Below, piece by piece: positions 48,372 to 57,597 of a stretch of 64,000 bases of DNA. Where the stretch lies: assembly GCA_963669295.1 (NCBI GenBank), contig OY769938.1, positions 1,625,086-1,689,085 of the forward strand, given 5' to 3'. The translations under genes were made by a program, and so were the position numbers. The DNA is from Flavobacteriales bacterium (lineage in GTDB: Bacteria; Bacteroidota; Bacteroidia; Flavobacteriales_D; CALLUQ01). The number at the start of each line of letters is the position of its first letter. Position 1 is the stretch's first letter. The notes beneath the pieces were generated by a model. That model searched no databases. It was given only the letters and a program-made list of their open reading frames with translations, and was not told the DNA's origin.

Positions 48372-49229
48372 ATGCTCCGAATGCATCGAATTCTTCTAGC
48401 CACCCTTCTACTCCTACTTTCGTCAGGAGTGCATGCGCAAAGCCATGATTCGGCCACGGGCCAATTAAATGCATGGCAAAACTACACGTTGATTGGTGGA
48501 GCAATTGTATTACTGGGAGTAGGAATAATTATTTACCGCAGTAATAAAGCAAAAGCATTAGCCAACAAAGAGTTAGCAGAGCAAAAACGAGTTATTGAAC
48601 AAGCATTAGAGGAAAAGGAGGCCTTACTGAAAGAAATTCATCATCGGGTAAAAAATAATTTGCAGTTGGTATCAAGCTTGTTACAATTACAATCCAAAAA
48701 ATTCAAAGATCCCGAAATTATCAAAGCCATGGAAGAAGGCCAGGGTCGGGTAAAATCGATGGCCATTATCCATGAAATGCTTTACCAGAATGAAAACATC
48801 ATTAACATCCCTTTTAAGTCTTACCTGCAAAGCCTGGTTCAAAACATCAACATCTCTTTTGGCGAAAGTGCTAACGACATTAAAGTAACCATGGAGGTGC
48901 CTGATGTGGCGTTTAATGTAGATACGGCTATTCCATTGGGCTTAATTATGAATGAATTAATCTACAATTGCTTCAAGTACGCATTTGATGAAAAGCAACA
49001 AGGACATGTAAACATCTCATTGAAAGATCGAGGAGCTGACAGTTATGTATTAAACATTGTTGACAATGGAAAAGGTTTACCGGATGACTTTGAGCAACGA
49101 AAATCCAAATCACTGGGGCTTAGGCTGGTAACGATGCTTAGCAAGCAACTGGAAGGCGAGTTAGCATTTGAAAGCAGTGAAAAAGGCACCAGCATTAACA
49201 TCTGGTTCAAGCACCAGGAAGACCATTAA
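48372..49229 (+). CDS. Sensor histidine kinase, HisKA_2/HWE-like, with a minimal extracytoplasmic segment
   Basis: 285 aa: signal/TM, about 20 exposed residues, a TM, a coiled coil, the H-box EIHHRVKNNLQLVSSLLQLQ and a HATPase region DNGKGLP. Confidence 0.8.
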   Translation: MLRMHRILLATLLLLLSSGVHAQSHDSATGQLNAWQNYTLIGGAIVLLGVGIIIYRSNKAKALANKELAEQKRVIEQALEEKEALLKEIHHRVKNNLQLVSSLLQLQSKKFKDPEIIKAMEEGQGRVKSMAIIHEMLYQNENIINIPFKSYLQSLVQNINISFGESANDIKVTMEVPDVAFNVDTAIPLGLIMNELIYNCFKYAFDEKQQGHVNISLKDRGADSYVLNIVDNGKGLPDDFEQRKSKSLGLRLVTMLSKQLEGELAFESSEKGTSINIWFKHQEDH

Positions 49230-49241
49230 CACTATAAAACT

Positions 49242-49988
49242 ATGCTTATGGATAAGTTAAAAGTATTGATTGTCGAAGATGAATTCATCATCGCTGAGAG
49301 CTTAAAAGACATCGTTGAAGACCTTGGCTACGAAGTTGTGGGCATGGCAATAAGAGCTGAAGAAGCGATAGAACTACTTGAAGCTGAGCAACCGGACCTG
49401 GCAATACTTGACATTACTCTAAAAGGAGAAAAAGATGGCATTTGGTTGGCAGAGCAAATAAAAGCCAACCACAAAATTCCATACATTTTTCTGTCTTCGC
49501 ATGGCGACCAATCTACGGTGCAACGAGCAGTAAAAACCAAGCCATATGGTTATCTGATGAAGCCTTTTCAAAAAGCAGACATCTATACTGCTATTAGCCT
49601 TGCACTAAGCAATTATGAAAATGAGCGCAATCAAACACCAGCCGAAATTGCTGAAGAAACAAGTAACATCATCATCAAAAACAGCATTTTTATTAAAGAT
49701 GGTCATCTGTTTGTAAAGCTCCCTTTTCATACCGTTCTATTTGTTAAAGCCGATGGCAACTACCTTGAAATACACACCGACAGTAAGCGACGACTGATAA
49801 AAAGTTCGTTAAAGGAGTTCATTAAAAAATTGCCACAGCACATCTTCATGCAAGCACATCGATCATACGTAGTTAACGTGGAAAAGGTAGAAAGCTTTGG
49901 TGCAACAGTTTTAAACATCAATCAACACGAAATCCCAATCAGCGCCAATTACAAAGATGAGTTGGTTGCTAAACTAATGACCTTATAG
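49242..49988 (+). CDS. LytTR-family response regulator (REC plus LytTR)
   Basis: 248 aa with VLIVEDE, the acceptor LAILDITL, a YLMKPF motif and the C-terminal LytTR part FVKADGNYLEIHT...HRSYVVN. Confidence 0.9.
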   Translation: MLMDKLKVLIVEDEFIIAESLKDIVEDLGYEVVGMAIRAEEAIELLEAEQPDLAILDITLKGEKDGIWLAEQIKANHKIPYIFLSSHGDQSTVQRAVKTKPYGYLMKPFQKADIYTAISLALSNYENERNQTPAEIAEETSNIIIKNSIFIKDGHLFVKLPFHTVLFVKADGNYLEIHTDSKRRLIKSSLKEFIKKLPQHIFMQAHRSYVVNVEKVESFGATVLNINQHEIPISANYKDELVAKLMTL

Positions 49989-50083
49989 CCTGAGTGTCTT
50001 GTACAATTTTGTCTTTTTTTAATGCCTGATTAACCAATCGCATTTTCTTTCGCATTAGGGTTATGAAAACCCACCGTGTTTAA

Positions 50084-50091
50084 TATCTTTG
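50084..50091 (+). promoter_or_regulatory. -7 box TATCTTTG for pepP
   Basis: Perfect TAnnTTTG. It overlaps the ORF-track TTG start at 50089, which argues for the ATG at 50119. Confidence 0.4.
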
Positions 50092-50118
50092 GTATCCATT
50101 CAAACTAAGCACGACGTT

Positions 50119-51423
50119 ATGAAATATGCACCTATAGATCGCAACCTTTTCATTGAAAACCGCAAGAGGTTTGCAGCCCAATTAAAATCAAATTCTTTGG
50201 CTATTTTCAATGCCAATGACATTATGCCAACCAACGCTGATGGAACCATGCCTTTTAGGCAAAACAACGACCTATTTCATCTATCAGGTGTAGATCAAGA
50301 AGAAAGCATACTTGTTATTTTTCCTGATGCAAAGGAAGAAAAGCACCAAGAAATTTTATTCTTGAAAGAAACCAGCGAGGAGATTGCCATTTGGGAAGGT
50401 GCAAAACTAACGAAAGAAGGTGCTCTAAAAACCTCTGGAATAAAAACCGTTTACTGGCTCACCGAATTCAATCGTATTTTCACCACTTTAATGAGTGAGG
50501 TACAAAATGTGTACTTAAACACCAACGAACACCTTCGGGCCAATGTAGAGGTAGAAACACGCGATGCGCGATTTATCAAGTGGTGCAAAGCTCATTTTCC
50601 CCTACATACCTATGAAAGATCTGCTCCTATTATGCATACCATAAGAGCCATTAAGGCTCCTGAAGAGATTGCATTGATCCAACAAGCTTGTGATATAACT
50701 GAAAAAGGATTACGTCGGATCTTAAACTTCATTCAACCAGGCGTAACTGAATATGAGATTGAAGCTGAATTGGCTCATGAATTTATTCGTAACCGTTCTA
50801 GAGGGTTTGCATATACCCCCATTATTGCTTCGGGAAGTAGTGCTTGTGTATTGCATTACATTGACAACGATAAAGCTTGCAACGATGGCGAAGTAATTCT
50901 AATGGATTTTGGTGCCGAATACGCCAATTATGCTTCTGACCTCACACGTTGTGTGCCTGTAAATGGAAGATTTACCGAACGACAACGAACCGTTTATAAT
51001 GCCGTATTAAAAGTGATGAAAGAAGCAACAAATATGCTTCGTCCTGGTACTATGCTTGCTGACTACCACAAAGAAGTAGGACGTATTATGGAAGCGGAAC
51101 TAATAGGGCTGGGACTATTAGACCGTGCTGATGTAGAAAAGCAAAACCCTGAAAAGCCCCTTTATAAAAAGTACTTCATGCATGGAACCTCTCATTTCCT
51201 TGGTTTAGATGTACACGACGTTGGGCATTGGAACAAGCCTATTGAAGCTGGCATGGTGTTTACTTGCGAGCCCGGCATATACATCCTAGAGGAAGGGTTG
51301 GGTATTCGGTTAGAAAACGACATTCTTGTTACAGATGGTTCTCCCATTGATTTAATGCAAAATATTCCTATCGAAGCCGACGAAATTGAGGAACTCATGA
51401 ACACTACTGTGGCAGTGAGCTAA
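50119..51423 (+). CDS. pepP: Xaa-Pro aminopeptidase (M24B)
   Basis: Start trimmed to MKYAPIDRNLF. Metal ligand regions are present: ILMDFGAEYANYASDLTR, HGTSHFLGLDVHD and EPGIY...IRLEND. Confidence 0.85.
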   Translation: MKYAPIDRNLFIENRKRFAAQLKSNSLAIFNANDIMPTNADGTMPFRQNNDLFHLSGVDQEESILVIFPDAKEEKHQEILFLKETSEEIAIWEGAKLTKEGALKTSGIKTVYWLTEFNRIFTTLMSEVQNVYLNTNEHLRANVEVETRDARFIKWCKAHFPLHTYERSAPIMHTIRAIKAPEEIALIQQACDITEKGLRRILNFIQPGVTEYEIEAELAHEFIRNRSRGFAYTPIIASGSSACVLHYIDNDKACNDGEVILMDFGAEYANYASDLTRCVPVNGRFTERQRTVYNAVLKVMKEATNMLRPGTMLADYHKEVGRIMEAELIGLGLLDRADVEKQNPEKPLYKKYFMHGTSHFLGLDVHDVGHWNKPIEAGMVFTCEPGIYILEEGLGIRLENDILVTDGSPIDLMQNIPIEADEIEELMNTTVAVS

Positions 51424-51427
51424 CCCA

Positions 51428-52225
51428 ATGGCTTATACTTCGTTTCAAGGGAAAAAAATTTACTACACCACTCAAGGTAATGGACCCGTAGTAGTGTTGC
51501 TTCATGGCTTTCTTGAGTCAAGCAATATGTGGCCACCGGTTATGGATGCTTTTAAGCATTGCCAGGTCGTTACTATTGATTTACCAGGCCATGGTAAAAC
51601 CGAAACATTTGGCTCAATCCACAGCATGGCATTAATGGCCAGATGTGTAAAAGCAGTAGTTGATGAATTAAAGATCAATGCTTTCTCTATTGTTGGTCAC
51701 TCAATGGGAGGGTATGTTGCTTTGGAGTTCGCTTCCATTTTTCAGCAGCAATTAAATGGTCTTTGCTTACTGCATTCAACAGCAAACTCTGATAGCCCTA
51801 ACAAGCAAAAGGATCGGGATCGCGCAGCAAAGGTATTGCAACTAAATGCATCTGTGTTTATTCGTGAAGCCATTCCTAATTTGTTTGCTCCAGAAAACAG
51901 GGTAAAATACCATGCTGCATGCACTGAACTCAAAAAAGAAGCTTTAAAGGTTTCCATCGAAGGCGCTCAGGCATGTTTAATGGGCATGAAAGAACGAAAA
52001 GATCACTGTGCTCTGATAGAACAGTTTAAACATCCGGTATGGTATATTTTAGGAGATAAAGACCCAGTGCTGCCCATCGAAAAGATGCAGCAACAACTAC
52101 AGAAAAATGTGCACACGGTAATACTAAAAAATGTAGGGCATATGGGATTTATAGAAGCACAAGAGGACGTGCTTAATGCCTTGAAGGCCTATGTTACCGC
52201 TTGTAAGCTAGCTTACTTTAAATAA
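51428..52225 (+). CDS. Alpha/beta hydrolase
   Basis: 265 aa with VVLLHGF and the nucleophile elbow GHSMGG. Confidence 0.85.
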   Translation: MAYTSFQGKKIYYTTQGNGPVVVLLHGFLESSNMWPPVMDAFKHCQVVTIDLPGHGKTETFGSIHSMALMARCVKAVVDELKINAFSIVGHSMGGYVALEFASIFQQQLNGLCLLHSTANSDSPNKQKDRDRAAKVLQLNASVFIREAIPNLFAPENRVKYHAACTELKKEALKVSIEGAQACLMGMKERKDHCALIEQFKHPVWYILGDKDPVLPIEKMQQQLQKNVHTVILKNVGHMGFIEAQEDVLNALKAYVTACKLAYFK

Positions 52226-52483
52226 CGATTTTATGATCTCGCTTCCATCAACAACCCACAACATATAACGTTCTTTCCCCAATTTCTCTATACAAATTTC
52301 TGTAAGGTCATCATCCAACTTTCCTGTGCTGATTACCCTACCATCGAGGTCACAAACGTCATAAATAGCATCTTTGTTTTTAGGGGTATACTTTACCAAC
52401 AACCGATCAGGGTCAGTAGCCTGTGAGACATCTATTTCTTCCATAGCAGACAGCAACTGTTTAGCACTGTATGATTGTTTCAT
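52208..52483 (-). CDS. Small hypothetical protein with a T9SS-CTD-like beta-sandwich pattern but no signal peptide
   Basis: 91-aa ORF. AIYDVCDLDGRVISTGKLDDDLTEICIEKLGKERYMLWVVDGSEIIKSLFKV resembles a sorting-domain fold pattern. It overlaps the hydrolase 3' end by 18 nt. Confidence 0.35.
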   Translation of the reverse strand: MKQSYSAKQLLSAMEEIDVSQATDPDRLLVKYTPKNKDAIYDVCDLDGRVISTGKLDDDLTEICIEKLGKERYMLWVVDGSEIIKSLFKVS

Positions 52484-52744
52484 AGCAGCAAATAATTAAC
52501 AAGTAAAACTTTACCAGGAAGTGGCTTTAGATGATCGCTTCATTCATCCTCAAGGATGTTCACTGCCTTAGCGCGTAAGCGTTATATATACTACGTGCGA
52601 ATTGTTGCTTTGTTTCAAGCTATTGGTTAATTTTTTATTTATGCTTCTTTCCTCCATCATTAACCATTGATTGTGAAGTATTTGCTATACTAAAGCAGGA
52701 AAATTCTTGGTTTAGTTGAGGAGGAAACTATAACGCTGCAATCT

Positions 52745-52780
52745 TTTCTAAAAAGCAAAAGAGGCTCTAAGAGCCCCCTT
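52745..52780 (-). terminator. Terminator-like hairpin plus T-tract downstream of the giant T9SS gene
   Basis: On the minus strand: GGGGCTCttaGAGCCTCttttgcttttt. Confidence 0.55.
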
Positions 52781-52829
52781 GACTAAAAAAATAAGTTCGG
52801 ATGGTTAATGCGGTGAATGGTTCGGGACC

Positions 52830-52857
52830 ACAGGTGTTGTGCATACTCAACACCTGT
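52830..52857 (-). other. Perfect 10-bp stem / 8-nt loop hairpin in the 3' UTR of the giant T9SS gene
   Basis: acaggtgttg-tgcatact-caacacctgt, 45 nt after the stop at 52902. No T-tract follows it directly. Confidence 0.6.
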
Positions 52858-52901
52858 AGCAATGCTACTGATAGAAAACTCGTCTATCCCATGAATTCTA
52901 A

Positions 52902-55900
52902 CTAAAAATTCTCCAAATCAGCAGGTCTTGTTGCCCCAAACCATTTTAATACTTTCTCGCCTATCCCTGGAGCATTTATGTGAATGATATATACCCCTCC
53001 AGAAATCGGTATGTTGGCATGGTTTTTCAAATCCCAATCCAACGATGTACTTGGGCTCGACTTATGAAACTGCCTTACCAGGGTTCCAGAAACATTGTAA
53101 ATCGATACTGTACATTCTTCTGGTAAATTGGTCACCTTTACACGTTGATCAAGCCTACTGGTTTCATAAGCGGAATAAGCATAATAAGGGTTTGGTACTA
53201 CATTAATCAAAGCCAGAGCATCTTCCGCAGTTACCAGGTCATCCGTTGTAGAAGCTAATTCTCCCATGCTGAACTGATACATTGGATAATCATTATTATC
53301 ACTTACTCCTGTATAATAGGTTTCGTAGGGTTTGGCCACCCTCAATTTAATTCGAGCAGTAGACTCCAATAATGAACGGTTAGGTGCCACTAATGGTAAC
53401 CCTACCCACATGGCACGTTGCCAAACAAACCTCGGAGCACCTGGAGATGGACTACTGAGCCGTTCATGCATGAACTGCCCTTCATCGTACATTGGAAATT
53501 GCCCCATATTACCGCTATTGCCTCTTTCGTTGATAAAAACATATACATAATGCATTCCCCCAAACAACGGTGTTCCAAGCGTGGAATAAACATTGCCGGT
53601 TGGGTTCCACTGCATATCACGTCCGTTTTCAGTAGCCAACCATGAGTTCTCTCCAAACGCCATGTTCAACCGCTCTCCTGTCTCTACATCAATGGCATAA
53701 CCCGGAAACCAGCCCATTCCCGTTTCAGCAATAAAGTTGGGATCGTCTGGGTTAGTGCTTGCCCCAGTTCCTGCAATGGCTTTACTTCCATATTTATCTA
53801 CAGATGGAGCAGCACGCATTCGCATTTTGTTAGCTCCTCCTTCCGACAAACCAGGATCTGGCTGCATCTCAATAACCGGGCAACGCGTCCACAACGATCG
53901 GTCTGCAGTAAAAACAATGTCAACACTTTGTAGGGCATCCATTTCAAAAAACCCATGTGATAACAATTCATTAGAAGGGCCCAGGTTATTCCATGAAGTA
54001 AGGGCATAAGGAGTCCAGGTACCGCCCAGTATATCTTCGTAAGTTTCGTCTGGATCCCAAAAGAACTCACTCCCATTAATGGAGGTAGAGTGATCATCAT
54101 AGGCCGAACTATCTTCGTCGCTCGATATACCACTTCGAATCCAGTTTTGCGCAAAGAAGCCATCAACATCAGGCACACCCGACAACCATTGTTTCGATGA
54201 ATCCTCAAACGAAATTGCTGCTGCCAGCAAGTCTGTTTTGGTAAAGGGAGTGTGATCGTCGTACAAATACTGTTCGATATGAACAGATATTCCATACTCA
54301 GGAACCAATTGTTCGTTCCCTACTTGTATCGTTTTATCCGAAAAAATTGTGTCTCCAAGAGTAGTATTGATAAGCATCCAGGTAGCATTGTTTACTTCCT
54401 GCAACGAATCCGGAACAAACCGTAAAATAAAATCGTGCGCGGGAACATTCAACGGATCTATCACTTTTACATTAATGGGCCCCTGTCCAGCACGATATGT
54501 TGGCGTAAGCACTTTCCACGGAGGTCCTGCCATTGCCTCCATTTCTGAGGCATAAGTCATGTTAAGCACTCGCGCGCCATTACCTTGGCCTTCTATTCGA
54601 GTAATTTCGGGGCTATCGCCATAATTAGCCGTATGTACCGTTCCCCCTGCTTCTGGTGCAGGGATATGAGGAATGCCAACAAATTTTGCTATTTCACCAC
54701 CATTAGCGCTTCTTCTACTCGCTTTATATGGTTTCTTTTGTCCATCAAGGTAATTAGGGTCGTTGGGGTCATAGGTTTTAAAATTGTTATACGCATAAGC
54801 AATGGCCATGTAGTAATATTGCTTATGATTAATGAGCCTTCGATCTCCTGTAGCAAAAACATCTTCCGTAATTTTAATAGAATGACTAATCCCATCATCA
54901 GCTCCATCTACCATTTCCATCGGAACATTTACACCCATGCCTTCATCCAATTCATAATTAACGAGCTGGCCTATGCTATCTTTTATGTCAGATTGAAAAA
55001 CCAGCCTTGCCAAATCTGGATCTCCTAAATCTGCAGCAGATACATTATCATTTTTTAGTTGGAATATCTGGTAGCCCTGAAAGCGATAATTACGATCGTA
55101 TATAGTTGTAAATGTCGAATCTTGAGCAGTATACTGCCCTGTAATAGAGTCGTAAATATAGCTCGTCACTGTGCTTGTTACACTCTCTGGAATAAAGGGA
55201 TCCAGTTCTTCATAGGCTTCATTATAATTGTTGGAATTAGTGGGGTTTTTTATGGTTAAAATCAATGTTTTATCCATTTCCTGAATCGCCATATCCGGAG
55301 CATCAGGGCCATCCAATATCCTAAAGCAATTTTCAAAAAGTGCTTGAGCCTTATCGTCGGCCACCCTTAGTGCTTCCACCGAAGCAAACGGATCGCTAGA
55401 ACTGGCACGCGCATATAGTACACCTACTGTAATGTTGTTTACTGCACCTGGCTCTAAAGTAAACGGGCCAGCCGATTGCATAAATCGTTTATCAAGGGGA
55501 GTGTTCCCTTCGGTTAACTCACTCCATGCTGGTTGGGCATTTCCCCCCGTACCCCAAGCTAAAGGGTCTGTGTCTCCAGGAAACATAAAATCAGCTGTTT
55601 GCGATGGATCTCCTCCTCCTGAAGTATGACCGTTTCCTCCATATACCATTGGAGTACCATCCCTCCAAATCCCACGCATGTAATCATAGTATTCCTTTCC
55701 GTTCTGTGGATCTCCAGTTGGAAGCCCCTGATCATTAATGTGATACAAAAATCTTCGCATTCCAAACCGCTCGTTGTCAGGTTCTCCATCCCCATAGCCA
55801 AGCCCATTCAGGGCTTCATCAGTGCCAATGCCAAATGCATTATCAATCCCGTCATAATCTTGATAAGGGCCTTCAAAAAAATCGACCCCTATTGCTGGGG

Positions 55901-56939
55901 GGTTAGCTCCATAACCAATTGCTCCACGGTTATCCTGATCAAAAGCATCACCATTGTAGCAATAAGCTAACCCTCTTCCCACATCACATCCAACATAATC
56001 GTCGTCCGGGTTCCCCAGGTCAACATCCACCCACTGTGCAAAGTATGTATCGTTAAGGGTTTGTGTACCCCTGTTGATCATCTCGTAATTGTAGAAAGTC
56101 ATGTTATTGATTTCATCATTGGTGGCAAAAGCAAAAGCCTGACCGTGAATTTCCATACCTATCGCTTGCTCTCCTGTTTCAGTGTGGATGTTTCCCTTAT
56201 CATTAAAAACCCACCAAATTGTTTGATCGCCATACAATGGTACCCGATCTTCTCTTCGCCTGGTCTTACAATTGATCTCTTTATCTAAATCGTAGAATGG
56301 GTAATCTCCATTCTGCGGTTCGTACCACCCATTGTCATCTACATCTTTAAAAGGAGCTAAAAAATGATCTTGCCCCTCTGAAGCATTTCCATGGGCAGGC
56401 CAATTCAAAATAGATGATGGAATTTGGTAATTAGGAAAGCTCGCATTCGCATCACAGTTGGGATCTTCATTGCAACGAAACCATGCTCTAAATTGCTCTA
56501 CCTCCGCTCTGCTTATTACAAAATGTCGGTCGAATTTGTTACAGGTTTCAGGCGTAACAGTTGCATCGTTATTCGTCAATGGCCCTGTCCAAAAGTCGTT
56601 CCCTTGCCGAAACATTAGCGCAGCGATTTTTAATTGCCCATTCGCATCTTCTCCACCCATCCACAATGAGCCTGCATAGATCGCTGTATGACCTGAACCT
56701 TTAGGCACTTCATAACGAGCGCTTATTTGGTCGTACCACAAATCGCCACCAGAATTTACAAGTGCCCGAACATTGTTTAAGTCCAATTCCGTAGAAGCGG
56801 TAGCTGGAGCACAGCCTGCAGCACGAGAAGCATTGGTAGTAACATTAGATTGGCGAGTACCATCAGGTTTATACGCCGAAAATGAAATGGAAAGTAGGAG
56901 GATGGTTACAAGTCCAAAGAATTTCTTCGAATAATTCAT
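52902..56939 (-). CDS. Very large secreted protein of unknown function with a T9SS type-A C-terminal sorting domain
   Basis: I prefer the ATG at 56937-56939 (MNYSKKFFGLVTILLLSISFSA) over the track's GTG at 56948. The C-terminus VSIYNVSGTLVRQFHK...GGVYIIHINAPGIGEKVLKWFG fits a type-A CTD. I did not notice an HExxH or other catalytic signature. Confidence 0.85.
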   Translation of the reverse strand: MNYSKKFFGLVTILLLSISFSAYKPDGTRQSNVTTNASRAAGCAPATASTELDLNNVRALVNSGGDLWYDQISARYEVPKGSGHTAIYAGSLWMGGEDANGQLKIAALMFRQGNDFWTGPLTNNDATVTPETCNKFDRHFVISRAEVEQFRAWFRCNEDPNCDANASFPNYQIPSSILNWPAHGNASEGQDHFLAPFKDVDDNGWYEPQNGDYPFYDLDKEINCKTRRREDRVPLYGDQTIWWVFNDKGNIHTETGEQAIGMEIHGQAFAFATNDEINNMTFYNYEMINRGTQTLNDTYFAQWVDVDLGNPDDDYVGCDVGRGLAYCYNGDAFDQDNRGAIGYGANPPAIGVDFFEGPYQDYDGIDNAFGIGTDEALNGLGYGDGEPDNERFGMRRFLYHINDQGLPTGDPQNGKEYYDYMRGIWRDGTPMVYGGNGHTSGGGDPSQTADFMFPGDTDPLAWGTGGNAQPAWSELTEGNTPLDKRFMQSAGPFTLEPGAVNNITVGVLYARASSSDPFASVEALRVADDKAQALFENCFRILDGPDAPDMAIQEMDKTLILTIKNPTNSNNYNEAYEELDPFIPESVTSTVTSYIYDSITGQYTAQDSTFTTIYDRNYRFQGYQIFQLKNDNVSAADLGDPDLARLVFQSDIKDSIGQLVNYELDEGMGVNVPMEMVDGADDGISHSIKITEDVFATGDRRLINHKQYYYMAIAYAYNNFKTYDPNDPNYLDGQKKPYKASRRSANGGEIAKFVGIPHIPAPEAGGTVHTANYGDSPEITRIEGQGNGARVLNMTYASEMEAMAGPPWKVLTPTYRAGQGPINVKVIDPLNVPAHDFILRFVPDSLQEVNNATWMLINTTLGDTIFSDKTIQVGNEQLVPEYGISVHIEQYLYDDHTPFTKTDLLAAAISFEDSSKQWLSGVPDVDGFFAQNWIRSGISSDEDSSAYDDHSTSINGSEFFWDPDETYEDILGGTWTPYALTSWNNLGPSNELLSHGFFEMDALQSVDIVFTADRSLWTRCPVIEMQPDPGLSEGGANKMRMRAAPSVDKYGSKAIAGTGASTNPDDPNFIAETGMGWFPGYAIDVETGERLNMAFGENSWLATENGRDMQWNPTGNVYSTLGTPLFGGMHYVYVFINERGNSGNMGQFPMYDEGQFMHERLSSPSPGAPRFVWQRAMWVGLPLVAPNRSLLESTARIKLRVAKPYETYYTGVSDNNDYPMYQFSMGELASTTDDLVTAEDALALINVVPNPYYAYSAYETSRLDQRVKVTNLPEECTVSIYNVSGTLVRQFHKSSPSTSLDWDLKNHANIPISGGVYIIHINAPGIGEKVLKWFGATRPADLENF

Positions 56940-57181
56940 ATTACACACTGTTATTATTTAATGAACTTGAGTTTCTTTTCAACAAAAGGAAAAGGCTGAT
57001 AATCTTTTCGTAAAGCTATGTGGATGTTTATTTCGTATCAAACCACATTCTGTAATTTTTATACATGTCTCTATACACCTTGTTTTTATGGTGTTTTCAA
57101 ATTAAAATACTGATAATCAATACATTATTAAACAAACATGTTTGAATTTTCATACATGTCAGCCTGTTTTTTAAAGAAATT

Positions 57182-57189
57182 CAAAAATA
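57182..57189 (-). promoter_or_regulatory. -7 box (TATTTTTG on the minus strand); would give the giant T9SS gene a ~235-nt 5' leader
   Basis: This is the only perfect TAnnTTTG I found on the minus strand in 56940-57588. It directly abuts the ATACATGTCTAACA motif. Confidence 0.3.
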
Positions 57190-57531
57190 TACATGTCTAA
57201 CACCCTCATTAGATTTTATAATGCGCTCTATATCTAGCATCGCAACCAGTTTTAACGATTGAAATACGTTGGCACAAATGCAAGAAATGGGGTAAGTTGT
57301 TGACCAGTATTGCTGACAGACGTTTTGACTTAAAAAACGAGGGTATTTCCTTTATCAACAAAAATCCAACGGCGGTTAATTGGGCAATAAACTTGTTCAA
57401 GTATAAGATCCTTCATAGTTACAGTTTTGGGTTTATCAATGAAGGGATGGCGGGTAGTTAGTTCATACAAGATAGATACATTGCCCGGTTAGAACAAGCA
57501 CTAACTAATGTATGGTATGCCAGAGCAAATA

Positions 57532-57560
57532 AACGGTAACGATGGATTGCTTAACGGTAA
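57532..57560 (+). promoter_or_regulatory. Direct repeat AACGGTAA-N13-AACGGTAA (21-bp phase), a candidate LytTR operator upstream of the first regulator gene
   Basis: Exact 8-mers at 57532-57539 and 57553-57560. A near -7 box TATCTTTA follows at 57568-57575, and the ATG is at 57598. Confidence 0.45.
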
Positions 57561-57597
57561 AAATTAATATCTTTAACCTTCAACCGCTTTGAGCCCT

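Noticed and set aside
53332-56679. Numerous 60-165-aa ORFs on both strands inside 52902-56939
   Set aside because: All are nested within the 1345-codon T9SS cargo ORF in other frames, so they are shadow ORFs.
57209-57400. 63-aa minus-strand ORF in the intergenic region between the giant T9SS gene and regulator 1
   Set aside because: It has no signal or motif, sits in an AT-rich control region, and lies upstream of the predicted promoter box. It is probably spurious.
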